A stretch of 64,000 nt of DNA from Yuukianura sp. NJ FZ-2021 (lineage: Eukaryota): the NCBI GenBank assembly GCA_046563655.1, contig CM102285.1, positions 9,858,001 to 9,922,000 of the forward strand, written 5' to 3'. Positions 27,463 through 38,893 of this stretch are shown piece by piece (position 1 is the first letter of the stretch; every line of letters begins with the position of its first letter). The position numbers were made by a program, and so were the translations under genes. The notes beneath the pieces were generated by a model. That model was given only the letters and a program-made list of their open reading frames with translations, did not search any database and was not told the DNA's origin.

Positions 27463-29151
27463 TTAATCCCGTTCCAATTCAACGTACTCCAGAAGCGAAG
27501 CGATTTCGCGAGCCAGCTTTTCCGAAGCAGCGCAAACTACGCGCCGACTCAGCAGATCAAACGGGCCTCCTGGAATTTCAAATCAATCGGTTAGCAATTT
27601 GAATGTCAGAAGGTTGCTAAGCAATGCTTAGTTTTAGTTAGGTTAGGTTAAGCATGGAAATGGAACTGTTCAAGTTACCAGTGATGTCAATGACACTGCC
27701 GCCAGCTTCCTTGACAATCATTTCCCCGGCACACATGTCCCAAGCATGAACTCCTTGCTCGTAGTAAGCATCAACTGCACCAGAAGCAACAGACGCCATG
27801 TTAAGAGCAGCAGATCCAAGGGCTCTTATACTAAACACACAAATAACAGAACATTAAACACCGAAAAGCAATTTAAAACCCCGAAGTTCCTATGCGCCCG
27901 TGACAGTTCCATTTCCATGCACTCGGAATTCCTTAAGCGTTTAGTTTGTAAAGTGCCCAAGAATTTAAAAACATGCTTAAGGTGCGGTATACCTCCGTAG
28001 TCCAGGAAAGCTCCACCAGCTTCCTTAATAATTACGAGCTTCAAAAATAATAAAACACATAAAAACATAATTACAATTACAATAATTTAGGCTTTTCGAA
28101 ACAAGGAAAACCGAAATTCGGAACACACCGCTGCAGCAGTGTCCCACATATGAAGACCAAAATGGCAAAATGCATCGGCTCCACCACTGGCTATCATTCC
28201 ATAAGCACAAGTTGCTGATCCGAACAGTCGAACGCTAACGATGGGTGTTAATTAAACTTTCACTGGTTAATTGAGTGCATGGAAATGGAATAGTTTGAAT
28301 GGTTTTTGATTAAGAGACAGTTACCCGTGAACTTTGCCAATCAATTTTGTTAGATTGTTCAAAACAACCTTGACACGTTCTGGATCTTTGCTGGAACCCG
28401 CTTCAGAACAAACCAAAGCCTTAGCCAATTCTGGAATGATAAAAGAAAGTTAGAGAAAGTCTTCAAAAATATAAATTTTATAAAATCTTTTGAAATTTCC
28501 AAATTCGACTGAAATGACCATTGCCCTTACCAGTTTCTCCAGAGACTTTGATTGGTTTTCCATTTAGAAACGCTCCATGTCCAATTTTGGCAGTAAACAG
28601 TTGATCCAGCAGTGGATTGTAGATGATTCCAAGCACAGATTCTTTTTTAATAAGGAGTCCAATAGAAATGGCCACCAATGGCAACCCATGGACAAAGTTC
28701 ATGGTGCCATCCACGGGGTCAATGACCCACGTCGGGTCATCGGTCAGTTCACACGGTTGACCTTCCACGGCAGACTCCTCTCCGATAAACCTAAAAGCAA
28801 ATTTTGAATGTTCAATACGCCAGTTAAATTTTGTGTTGTTGAGCTGCACTGGAGAAAGTGGTGAAAGTACTTGTGCGTCGGAAAATGCTCCTTGAGTCCA
28901 CCAATTAACAATTTCTCCACCTCTCGATCTGTTTCAGTGACTAAATCGATATCACATGTTTTGGATTCCACGTTCTTTGCTTTCATTATTGCTGCACCGA
29001 TGATCTACCAAAAGAAAAGAGTTGGCTGAAATTTGAACTGACAATGCAAATTTGACAGTGAAAGTAAATTTAAACTTACTTGACCGCATTCTTTAGTTAG
29101 TCTGATTGCGGTTACGAAATATTTTTGAAGAAGTTCTGATTCAATTGACAT
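27463..29151 (-). CDS. IMPA1: Inositol monophosphatase (IMPA1/2 family), 276 aa, two predicted isoforms
   Basis: Constitutive exons 29151-29080, 29004-28871, 28790-28531, 28430-28325 and last exon 27569-27463, plus either module A (28234-28129 + 28038-27993) or exon B (27830-27679). The CDS is 831 nt either way. Motifs: DLVTETD, FIGEE, WVIDPVDGTMNFVHG, GSA, WD..A...I.KEAGG. Confidence 0.96.
27652..27669 (-). promoter_or_regulatory. Downstream intronic pairing element (intron after IMPase exon B)
   Basis: Plus strand gcatggaaatggaactgt; 18/18 complementary to 27903-27920. It starts at intron position 10 after the exon B donor. Confidence 0.78.
27679..27830 (-). CDS. IMPase alternative exon B (single 152-nt exon, canonical-like sequence)
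   Basis: tttag|T ATA AGA...ACT G|gtaac; encodes IRALGSAALNMASVASGAVDAYYEQGVHAWDMCAGEMIVKEAGGSVIDIT. Same length and phases as module A. Confidence 0.93.
27903..27924 (-). promoter_or_regulatory. Central intronic RNA-pairing element between IMPase module A and exon B
   Basis: Plus strand acagttccatttccatgcactc. 27907-27924 is the exact reverse complement of 28273-28290, and 27903-27920 is the exact reverse complement of 27652-27669. Confidence 0.8.
27993..28234 (-). CDS. IMPase alternative module A (two exons, 106+46 nt)
   Basis: 28234-28129 encodes VRLFGSATCAYGMIASGGADAFCHFGLHMWDTAAA and 28038-27993 encodes LVIIKEAGGAFLDYG. They are separated by a 90-nt GT..AG intron with an in-frame TAA. 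Entry phase 2 and exit phase 1 match the flanking exons, and the module aligns without gaps to exon B. Confidence 0.85.
28273..28290 (-). promoter_or_regulatory. Upstream intronic pairing element (intron before IMPase module A)
   Basis: Plus strand gagtgcatggaaatggaa; 18/18 complementary to 27907-27924. Confidence 0.78.
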
Positions 29152-29875
29152 GGCTCCTAGCGTTTGGTATGAACTTAGCACAGTCTTAATGGATATCCAA
29201 TGACTATGTAGTAGTGTGTGAGGTGATGTTAATGTTGCTAAGCTATTTAAGCCAATCTCAGTTGTAGTGGGAGGTTATCTCAGACAATTAGTCAAGGTGG
29301 AACTGTACTTGGAACCAGATTTGCCCCAGAGTAATGGGCTTGTCAATTTAAAAGTGACGTTTATTGGAAATTTTTTCAACTCCTGGGAACTGCTATAAGT
29401 GATTCTATCCCTGCCTTATACATAGGAAACTTCTTGCAAAAATGTATGTATACTACCAACTTCTAAGAGTTTTAGACTCTCAAAAGGTTATGGGCTTATG
29501 GTCATGCGTTTTATTCTCGGTTCACACAGTGGTGGCTGGAATTAGGCTTTATGGAAAACGTTAAAAGTGTAAATTGGATGGTGTTTGCTCAAAGGAAATC
29601 ATTTAAGACCAACTCAAACAACATTAAAAAAAGAGGCCAAGCGTCGTATTGAGAAATCCAATAAAAAATTATAAAAAGGAAACTTAACGCTTCGATTTTC
29701 TATTTCAACGAATTTTGTTTCGTGATATTAAACTATGCTAAGGCTAAAAATTCAAACCCTTTGCTCAAAAATTGCACAACAATTCCTATAATGTCTGTAT
29801 ATCTTCTGTGTATTGCATGAAATGCTCCAAAAGACATTTTTGATTAAAGAAAATTCAAAATTAGGAAATGAGTTT

Positions 29876-29889
29876 ATCTCCTTGGCAAC
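29876..29889 (+). promoter_or_regulatory. Candidate X-box (RFX-binding site) upstream of the RSPH1-like gene
   Basis: ATCTCCTTGGCAAC fits the RYYNYY-WW-RRNRAC X-box consensus and lies ~204 bp upstream of the ATG of an axonemal gene. Confidence 0.55.
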
Positions 29890-30092
29890 AGTAACGTACG
29901 TCTAAAAACATATAACATCACTGGCAAACAAATCCAGATTTTTTTTAAATTGTTGTAAAACAACATTATTGCTTTCACTGCGCGGCGGTCATTTTCATAT
30001 TCGGAAACTCACACTTCGATCGGCTTTTCATCCTCAATTGGACATCAGAACTTGTGAATTAACCGTGAATTCTACTTCGTTTGACCACCAAG

Positions 30093-32624
30093 ATGAGATC
30101 GGACACTGAAGAAGAGGAAGGAGAAGAAATCGGAGGAGAAGGAGACTTTGTCACCGAAAACCCAATTGGAGTAAGTCTGGCTTTTATTTCAGGCTTTGCA
30201 AGATTCGTAAAACACTTCAAATCGGTTTACTCAAAATGTTCTATAGAAAAAAATGCAAAGGGAAATTAGCAAATTGAGGTTTCGATTCATCTGATTTTCT
30301 AATCAGGTTATGCGGGTCACGCTTTCACTTCGATTGCGTCTTGGTAGCGTCCTTTGAGGCTTCATGCTGGATTAACACATTTTAAAATCTTTCTAAAACT
30401 AATCTTTCTGAATTTAGGAGTATCACGGCGCTCGTAATGACAAGAATGAGCGTCACGGAAGGGGTCGAGCACTGCTGCCTGGAGGCGACATTTACCTCGG
30501 TTGCTATTACAAGGGTCTCCGTCACGGCCTTGGAATCTACAAGTACGCCAAAGGAAATGGAGCAAGATACGGAGGGGATTGGGTCATGGGTGAAAAGCAT
30601 GGCTGGGGAACAATGTACTATGGTAAGCATTTTCAATTGGTTGACTAATTAAAAAGTTACACTAAATCCGTCACTAAATGTTCGTCTGATTCTAGGCGAT
30701 GGTTCACAGTATACTGGTGAGTTTTGAACTGTTGGGAAGCAAAGTTTTTTGTACTATGAAGTTAACATTGAGGAAATTAATTAACGAAACCTAGGAAATT
30801 GGGAACATAATCAGCGTCATGGTTGGGGAGTTTATGTTTTCCCAAACTGCGATGAATACGAAGGCTGGTGGTATCGCGGAAACCGAAACGGACGTGGGAT
30901 TTATCGTACCCAGAAAACTGGCGAAAAGGTATGAAAACAATTAAATCCATTGAAAATTGAACCTCCATTAGCAGCAGTTGCGATTTTGTAAAAACTTGGA
31001 ACGTATATTTTTACAGTTTGTTGGAGATTGGATTTTGGGAAAGCGAAATGGTCCTGGAATGATAATTCGAGATGCTGAAAAGCACAAATTCATTGGAAAT
31101 TGGTACAACGATGTGGTGAGTTTAAGTATTTTTAATTCCAGGATTCAAAAATTCTCTTATATTCTTATTATTTGTTTTAAATTGAACTCATGAAGCCAAA
31201 AGGTGAAGGGGTATTTGTTTTCGATGAACTTTGCTGCGAACAACATGGACGCTACACTCAAATGAAGATTCCGCCAGAGTCAGAAAAGAAATGGAAGGAC
31301 AATGGATACCAAGTCATTTTGACCAGAGCAGGACCCCCACCATTCAATCCATTCGACGTAGAAAAATTGGAGGGTGAAAAAATAATGGTAAGGAATTGGC
31401 ACTGGATAATTCGAATGATATTTATTCGAATATTCGATATTCGAACGATAATTCGATTAAGTATAGTTTTGAATGTAAATTTCTATTTGAACAGGGTAGC
31501 GTCACGTCCAAAGCGGGAGAAGGTGACGATGGGGAAGGTTCGCGCAAAGGGGGTGGGGAGGATGCTGGAATTTTGCCAAATCCCGTTGAGATGCTGAAGA
31601 GCTACATGAAGCAGTTCGTCGAAGACGAATTCGCGAAAGACAAAGATCAAGTTCGGATTGTTCCAATTTGGCATGCAGTCAAAGTAAAAACCATATTTGT
31701 AATAATTATACTTTTTGAAATTGTTTAAAAAATGCTTGTTGCCTAAAAAATGCCTAAAATGTTGACTGGTTTTACTACAACCAGATTACTCCCATAATGA
31801 CTCCGCTTCCGGATGCCACCGTACCTCCGCCGCCAATTCCTCCGACTCCAGTGCCACCGCCTCTTCCTGAAGTTGAAAATGAAGTAATTCCAATACATTT
31901 TGGTTCAGTATTGCTGCAGTATTTATACTAGTTCGTTCTACTCTTTTAGGTTGAAGATGAAGAAGAGGAAGCCGAGGCTGAGGTAGCCGATCCTTATGCA
32001 GCCGCAAGACTTCTGGCGCAAACGCACGCGTTGGGTCCCGTCTACCACGGCCAAGGCGTCTGTCAGGACCACGAAGTGGCTCTAAAACTTCCGAAATCCG
32101 AGGAGCCATATGAACGATTTTCGCAGCTAAGTTTGACTCGTTTGGACAATATGAGGGACGTACTGGAAACTTGCGGCGGACAACTTCAGCCACTTGATTT
32201 GGAGGAAGTCAAGAAGCAAGCCACGTAAGAATTGGATTTAAAAATATTTCTGATCATTTTAATAAAATTCAGAAAGTTTTTCCTAAACGCGTTTAAATTT
32301 TGTTGGAACAGAATGAAAGGTTTGGACATGGCTACACGCTGGAGAGAATGCCTCAATCAGGATCCGAGTTGTCAGAATCCAGAAGCAGTTCCTCCGCCAA
32401 CCGAGGGCGGTAGAAGTACTTCGCAGACGTTGAACAGCAAAGATGGCCGTGCTTCAACTGGGTATGCACCGGATAATGATACTGAGCACACAGTAACTGA
32501 ACCAGAGGAAACGGATGCCTCTTATGTAAGAACACAACCAATTTTGTCAACTTCATGGATCAATTTGATTGGTGCATGATTTGATTAATCTCTGTTTCAG
32601 ACGACTGAAGAAGAGCAAGGCTAA
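30093..32624 (+). CDS. RSPH1: Radial spoke head protein 1-like MORN-repeat protein with a long Pro-rich/acidic C-terminal extension
   Basis: About 11 exons (30093-30170, 30418-30622, 30696-30716, 30795-30928, 31017-31115, 31196-31387, 31495-31683, 31785-31883, 31950-32225, 32312-32525, 32601-32624). An acidic N-terminus is followed by [45 protein letters not shown]...[33 protein letters not shown]...[13 protein letters not shown], matching the RSPH1 MORN array and EQHG motif. The 3' exons are less certain. Confidence 0.88.
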
Positions 32625-33874
32625 GCATACAAAAAATACGATGGATTTTGTTGGTGAACAGCGAAACAGCTCTAAATAAGACTACAAATCATTTCAACAA
32701 AAGACTGACCATTTAATTTCCACCAGTTACTTAAAAAAAAACAAACTTTCATTAAACTATGCAAATAGCATGATCTCTCATTTTGACATTAGTTTTGATG
32801 CATCGATTTACCAAAGTGCGAAAATAACGATAATTTTAGTGAAATGCCATGTAAAAGTTAATGAAAATTTGCTTAGGTATTAATTCACTAAATTCATGCG
32901 TATAAATAAATTTATTTCGTTTGACTTGCAAATGCGGAAAAAAACAAAACACTTTTGTGACAAAAATTTTGTCAAGCCTCACAAAATTCCAATTTTCTAA
33001 AACTCCAGACTTCGGAATTGAAAATGTTATAAAATAATGAATCATGGGTTTAGTTTCTGTCTTTGATACCTTAATTGAATTTTTAGAGCAACCCTATGAA
33101 CTTTGACCAAGTTTAGAAATTGGAATTTAAAAAATTCTGAAAAGAAGACTAAAATTTTCATTGTCGCAACTCGCAAATCAGACGCCAGCATAAAATAAAG
33201 AAATATTTTCGTAGATTTGAATTTTTATAAACCTAGGCTGATTTGTTTAATCTTTGAAGTGGCGTCGAGATACCACAACAAAAAACTCAAAATTGCTCTT
33301 CAATTTCGAATTTCGAACTAAACTTTTTAAAGACCCTTTTAAATAACGTTAACTCAAGTGATAATTGTACTTCTTACAATAAAAATAACAATAAACACAT
33401 TCTAGATTCACTTTTCACCAATTTCTAACAGTAGAGTAAAAATTTTAAGTTTCACAAGCTTCTCGGATAGCTTCTGACACCTCGCGGATACGTTTGGAAC
33501 TGATCCAACTTCTCTTCCTTTTGTCATAACAGAAATCAGCTGATGCTGTTTTTTTTTACTTGGTTGGACGTTGTACTACACATTTAATTGTTCATCACCA
33601 TCACCAATAACAATTAAATTGTGTTCATCAACGTTTTGGATCTGGTCAACTGTCAACTAAATAAAGGTCAGTAAGCTCCCCGTTTTAACTTTGGTGATAG
33701 TTGTTCTCTTGCTAGTTAGCCAGTGCTCATCCCGCTAGCAAAGATAGCTACTATACTAGTGTTCCGGCTTTTTGGAAAGGATGATAATACATTGTTTTTA
33801 GTTTACCATCAACATTGCATTTTTTTTATTTGCATGAGTCAATTTAGTTACTATTTTCTAGGTAATTCACCACC

Positions 33875-36800
33875 ATGGAGTTACCTCCTATTGTACCAAG
33901 TATTCAAACGATTCTGGAATCTGCGTGCTCACATCCAGAAGACCTGGAGATCTATAATATCCAACATAACTTGGAACTTATTGATGTCGAGCGAGATTCC
34001 TACGCCCTTCGAAAACACCATATTACTCAGCTTCCATTGACGCAGGAGGTAGTTTCTTTGTGTGCAATTTAATTATGAAGTAATGAAGGGTTGCGATGAG
34101 ATGAACATTAAGAAGTTTCATTTCATTGGCATTTGTTTCAGTTCAAACGTGATCCAGCCACTGGTCAGCGCTTGTGCAATGTTCTCCTTGAAACAAGTAC
34201 ATTCCAAGAAACGTCCAAGACTTCCTATTCGCTCAACCGAATTCCAGGTCCAAGGAATGAAGGTGTGAAGGGGAGCTCTACAAATCTTCCATTTTTGCCG
34301 GCTGGATTAGAAATCCCGGAAAACAAGTGTGTGTCTGCTTTGCTGGCAAATTTGGATCTCAATGAAGCGATCTCGGATACCAAAGAAGCTGAATTATTTG
34401 CAGAGCTTTTCGATAAAGGTAACTGTCGTTTCTTGCTTCTACATTTGCACCCACAAAAATTGGAGGTCCTTTTCACTCATTTTATTTCAACTGTTGGATC
34501 TGATTTACAGATAGATTGAAGATAATTCCGGGCGAGTCACCGTTTGAAGTCGTATTTGAACAAGGGAATGGTTTCAACAGTAGCCCAAAGCTGTCTGCGT
34601 TGTCTGTATTTACGGTTAGTACTTATTTACGAATCGCGTACTGGTATGGTATAATGTGCTTATAATATTAATTTAATCATTTTTTGTTACTAAACTCTTT
34701 TCAACAGGAAAGCGAGGAGCAACACTTCGATTTTTGGCAAGGTCAGGAAAAGGTAGACATAAAAGACGAAAGACGGCTGGCTAATAAGGAGGCTAGAAAG
34801 GAAAGAAGCCTTACACATTTGTTACGAGAATTGAATGAAAATCCGAACGCAAATAGTCTCGAAGCCAACGATGATGTATGAAACAATATGTGCAACGTAC
34901 TCACTCACTACTCATAAACATATTAGACACCTTATATACGTTTGTTTTTGGCTAGGTTGAATTCAAAGCTCCTGTTCTGGCAATTAGCAAAAGCTCTGGA
35001 GTACTCAAATCGACCAAATTACCTTGGGCAGAATCCGTTGATATAACAAAACCAATGACGGACTTCGAGGAAAGGGTACCCGACATGGCCTTCAAATTCG
35101 ACTTTACTTTGGACGAATTTCAGAAACAGGTTTGATTTTTATTCTTGTGATAACCTTTTCCTTTGAAATCGTGACAACATTTATTTGTAACTTATTTATA
35201 TTTTCAGTCAATTGCTTTACTTGAGGAACATGAAAACGTGTTCGTAGCAGCACATACTTCCGCCGGTAAAACCGTTGTGGCTGAATATGCCATCGCTCTC
35301 TCCGTGAGACACATGACCAGGTCTTGAATTAAATATCTTGAATGCAAGTTTAGTTTCAACATTTTGTGATTAAGATCGCCTCAACATGAAAGTGGACTGA
35401 TTCATTTGCAGAGCAATTTACACTTCGCCTATCAAGGCTCTCTCTAATCAGAAGTTTCGTGACTTTAAAAAGTGCTTCGAAAGCGTTGGACTTGTTACAG
35501 GCGATGTTCAAATCAACCAAAGCGCATCCTGTCTCATAATGACAACTGAGATATTGCGTTCCATGCTCTACAACGGATCCGACATCATCAGGGATCTGGA
35601 GTGGGTCATATTTGACGAAATACACTACCTGAATAACCTCGAGGTAGGACTGAATATGATGTTTCATCAAAAGGAATTCCTCGTTCAACATTTATTAAAC
35701 TTCGTTTTAGCGAGGTCATGTGTGGGAAGAGGTGCTCATTATGCTTCCGCAACACGTCAGTATCATCATGTTGAGCGCCACGGTACCAAACGCACTTCAA
35801 TTTGCCAATTGGGTGGGAGGAATTAAGAAGAAGAAAATTTATGTTGTGTCAACATCCAAGCGTCCAGTTCCACTTGAGCACTTCCTGTATACTGGCACTG
35901 GTGGGAAGAGTAAGGCAGATCAGTTCTTGGTGCTTGGAGCCGATAGTAAATTCCTAAAGCACGGGTATGTCATTTCATTTACTATTTGGGAAATTCGGAA
36001 CTGTTTTATGAACTTTCTTAATTATCTGTGTACAGATATGATGCCGCTCGACAGTCGCTGGCAGAACGACAATCGTCGTTTCAGAAAAATACTGGACCTA
36101 AGAACGGTAGCCAACGTATTGGATTCAATGAAAAGTCTGAAAAGAACACCTACATCGGATTGATAGATCACTTGAAAAAGACGGTAAGGTTATATATAAG
36201 GTCAATCACGTAAAGGAACATACAATTACAAACTTTCTCTTTCCATTCCAGGACAAACTGCCTGTTGTAATCTTCACTTTCTCGAGGAATAGGTGCGACA
36301 ATTACGCCAACATGTTGGAGTCGGTTGACTTATGCAGTGGTGCTCAAAAGGGAGAAATTCATGGATTTTTCAAAACCAGTATTTCGAAGTTGACAGGGTC
36401 AGATAGAGAGCTTCCACAGGTAAGAATTTGCTACCCAGTAATACAATAGTACATTGAATTGCTAGTATTGATTTCATAGTCAATCGACAGTATCTAACCG
36501 ATTTTGGGCAATTTCAGGTCCTTGCATTTGAAAAAATGCTGAAAAACGGAATTGGTGTTCATCACAGTGGCATCCTTCCAATTTTGAAGGAAGTTGTAGA
36601 GATGCTGTTTCAAAAGGGTTTGGTGAAGGTACATAAACATAATGAATTAACTTAACTTAAATTACTCGAATATTTGCAACTTACTGACGTGATTTTTTTC
36701 CTCAGTTGCTGTTTGCCACGGAGACTTTCGCAATGGGCGTTAACATGCCTGCTCGAACCGTCGTCTTTGACAGTTGTCGAAAACATGATGGCTTTACTTT

Positions 36801-38893
36801 CCGCAATTTACTACCGGCAGAATATATTCAGATGGCTGGACGAGCCGGCCGACGTGGAAAAGACACTACAGGAACCGTCATCATTCTATGTAAGCAAGGC
36901 GTTCCGGATTGCATGGAATTGAAAGACATGATGACTGGAACGGCTGCCAAATTGGAATCACAGTTTCGCCTAACGTACAGTATGATTCTCAACCTCCTTC
37001 GAGTTGAGAGCATCACTGTGGAGGATGTCATGAAACGAAGTTTCTTAGAAGCAGGAAAACTGACGAAAATTGAAGACATGAGGGAAGATCGTAAGAAAGT
37101 TCAAGAGAAGCTTGACGTATTGGAAACGAAGACTTGGAATCAGGGTCTGATTGACTTCTATGTTCGTGTAGTAAACTTCATTCGATTTCATGACTCCATT
37201 ATGGTGAGTTTACAAGAAACATTTATGAATCTACTTAGCAGTTTTTATCATACTTATCAGTCGTATATGGTCATTATTATCACAGAACCAGATTGTTATC
37301 CAAACAAAAGTCATTGAAGCCATGAAACCAGGCAGGATTGTTATCCTTGAAATGCTTCCCAAGTACACTGCTCGATTTGGTATTCTGATCAATTCACATG
37401 CTGCAAAGGATCCTGTCACGGGACAATTTGTCAAGAGATACAAAATTCTTATTCTAACACGACCTAAAGACGGAACTGGCGAATACACGGAAATGTTTAC
37501 GCGAATAAGTCGTGATCTCCAAGCTCCAACGAGCGAAGCTAATAATGTACTTTTTCATCGCATGATGTACTTTTCACATGAAAGTATGATAAACTTTGAG
37601 CCAGAAATTTCTGAATACGGTTATCCGTATTTCACCATACTATCGGACGTCGCACCAGGAAATATCATTGAACTAGTGGAAGGAGAATTCATTTCAGTTG
37701 ACGCAGCGTCTACTGAGCGAAGCATCATTGGACAAGTGCCCAGAGTTCGGTAAGCTAAGGAGTGTTTTTATGTTACCTGTTACTATATAATTCGTCTCTT
37801 CAGAATGATTTCCAACTGTTTTTGTTTCAGCGACCCAAAGTTGCCACCAAATGTTCGCGAAACTGTGTCAAAACTCTACGACTTACACAATGCGGAAATT
37901 GGTCAAACCAAAAACCTGAGATTTGCAAATCTCTTTGCGATGACGCCAATGCGAAATGGCGAGTTGGCAGATGCTGTTCAAACTTACATGGAGATGAAAT
38001 TACATCTCAAAAACGAGAATATCTTCACCGCAACGTCCTCATCACCGGAAACTGTAAGTTCAACTACGGAAGCAACAATTTTAACAAGTTGAACCAGTTT
38101 TCTCTGTTTAGTTTGTGGAAGTTTTCCACTACATGGGACTGGTGGAACAGCGAGACCTCATTGACTTTGCGATGTCACCAAAAAGTCTCCAGCTTCATGA
38201 GGAATATCAGCAACGTATTGAAGTTCTACGGAGAATGCAATTTATAGACAATCAGTGCTTGGGTAATATTTACTATATTTTAAACAAAAAGGCTCCGGAT
38301 GCCCTCAGTTGACATTTTAAGGCCTAAGTGCAAACGGAGCTTTCTTCTTATTTGCAGTACTGCTAAAGGGACGTGTAGCCTGTGAAATGGGTAACCAGAA
38401 CGAGTTGATGATGACAGAACTACTTCTGAATAACACAGTGGAAGATTGTACTCCCGAAGAAATTGCAGCCCTGTTTTCGTGTATGGTGTTTGAAGCTAAG
38501 CGTATTCCAGAACCAGAGCTCAATGCTCCCGACGTCCATCATCTGAGAGACAAAGTCGCTGAAATCAAGAAAGTGGCAACAGAAATTGCCACAATCCAAA
38601 TGGAATGCAAGCTAAAGGAACCTATCTCACAGTATGTGGAACAATTCAAATTTGGTCTGGTGGAAGTGGTCTACGAATGGGCCAAGGGAAAACCATTTTC
38701 AGAAATTATGCGACTGACAGAAGTTCAAGAGGGACTCATTGTGCGGACGATTCAGCGATTAGATGAAATGATCCGAGATGTCAAAGATTCAGCCAGGATC
38801 ATTGGCGATCCTTCGCTGAAAAAGAAAATGGAAGAAGCTTCGCAATGTATCAAGCGAGACATTGTCTTTGCAGCGAGTTTGTACACCCAGTAA
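33875..38893 (+). CDS. SKIV2L: Ski2/SKIV2L (SKIC2, Drosophila twister) DExH RNA helicase of the cytoplasmic exosome Ski complex
   Basis: About 16 coding exons. Motifs: [105 protein letters not shown], and the DSHCT end [14 protein letters not shown]. The N-terminal [16 protein letters not shown] Ski2_N motif argues for Ski2 rather than Mtr4. Confidence 0.96.

Noticed and set aside
27679..28234. Second, separate IMPase gene or assembly artefact
   Set aside because: Only one internal segment is duplicated, the copies are highly diverged but frame- and phase-matched, and there is a single set of N- and C-terminal exons.
31786..32193. 135-aa antisense ORF (likewise 61892-62305 and 44331-44672)
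   Set aside because: These are shadow ORFs opposite real coding exons, with no independent features.
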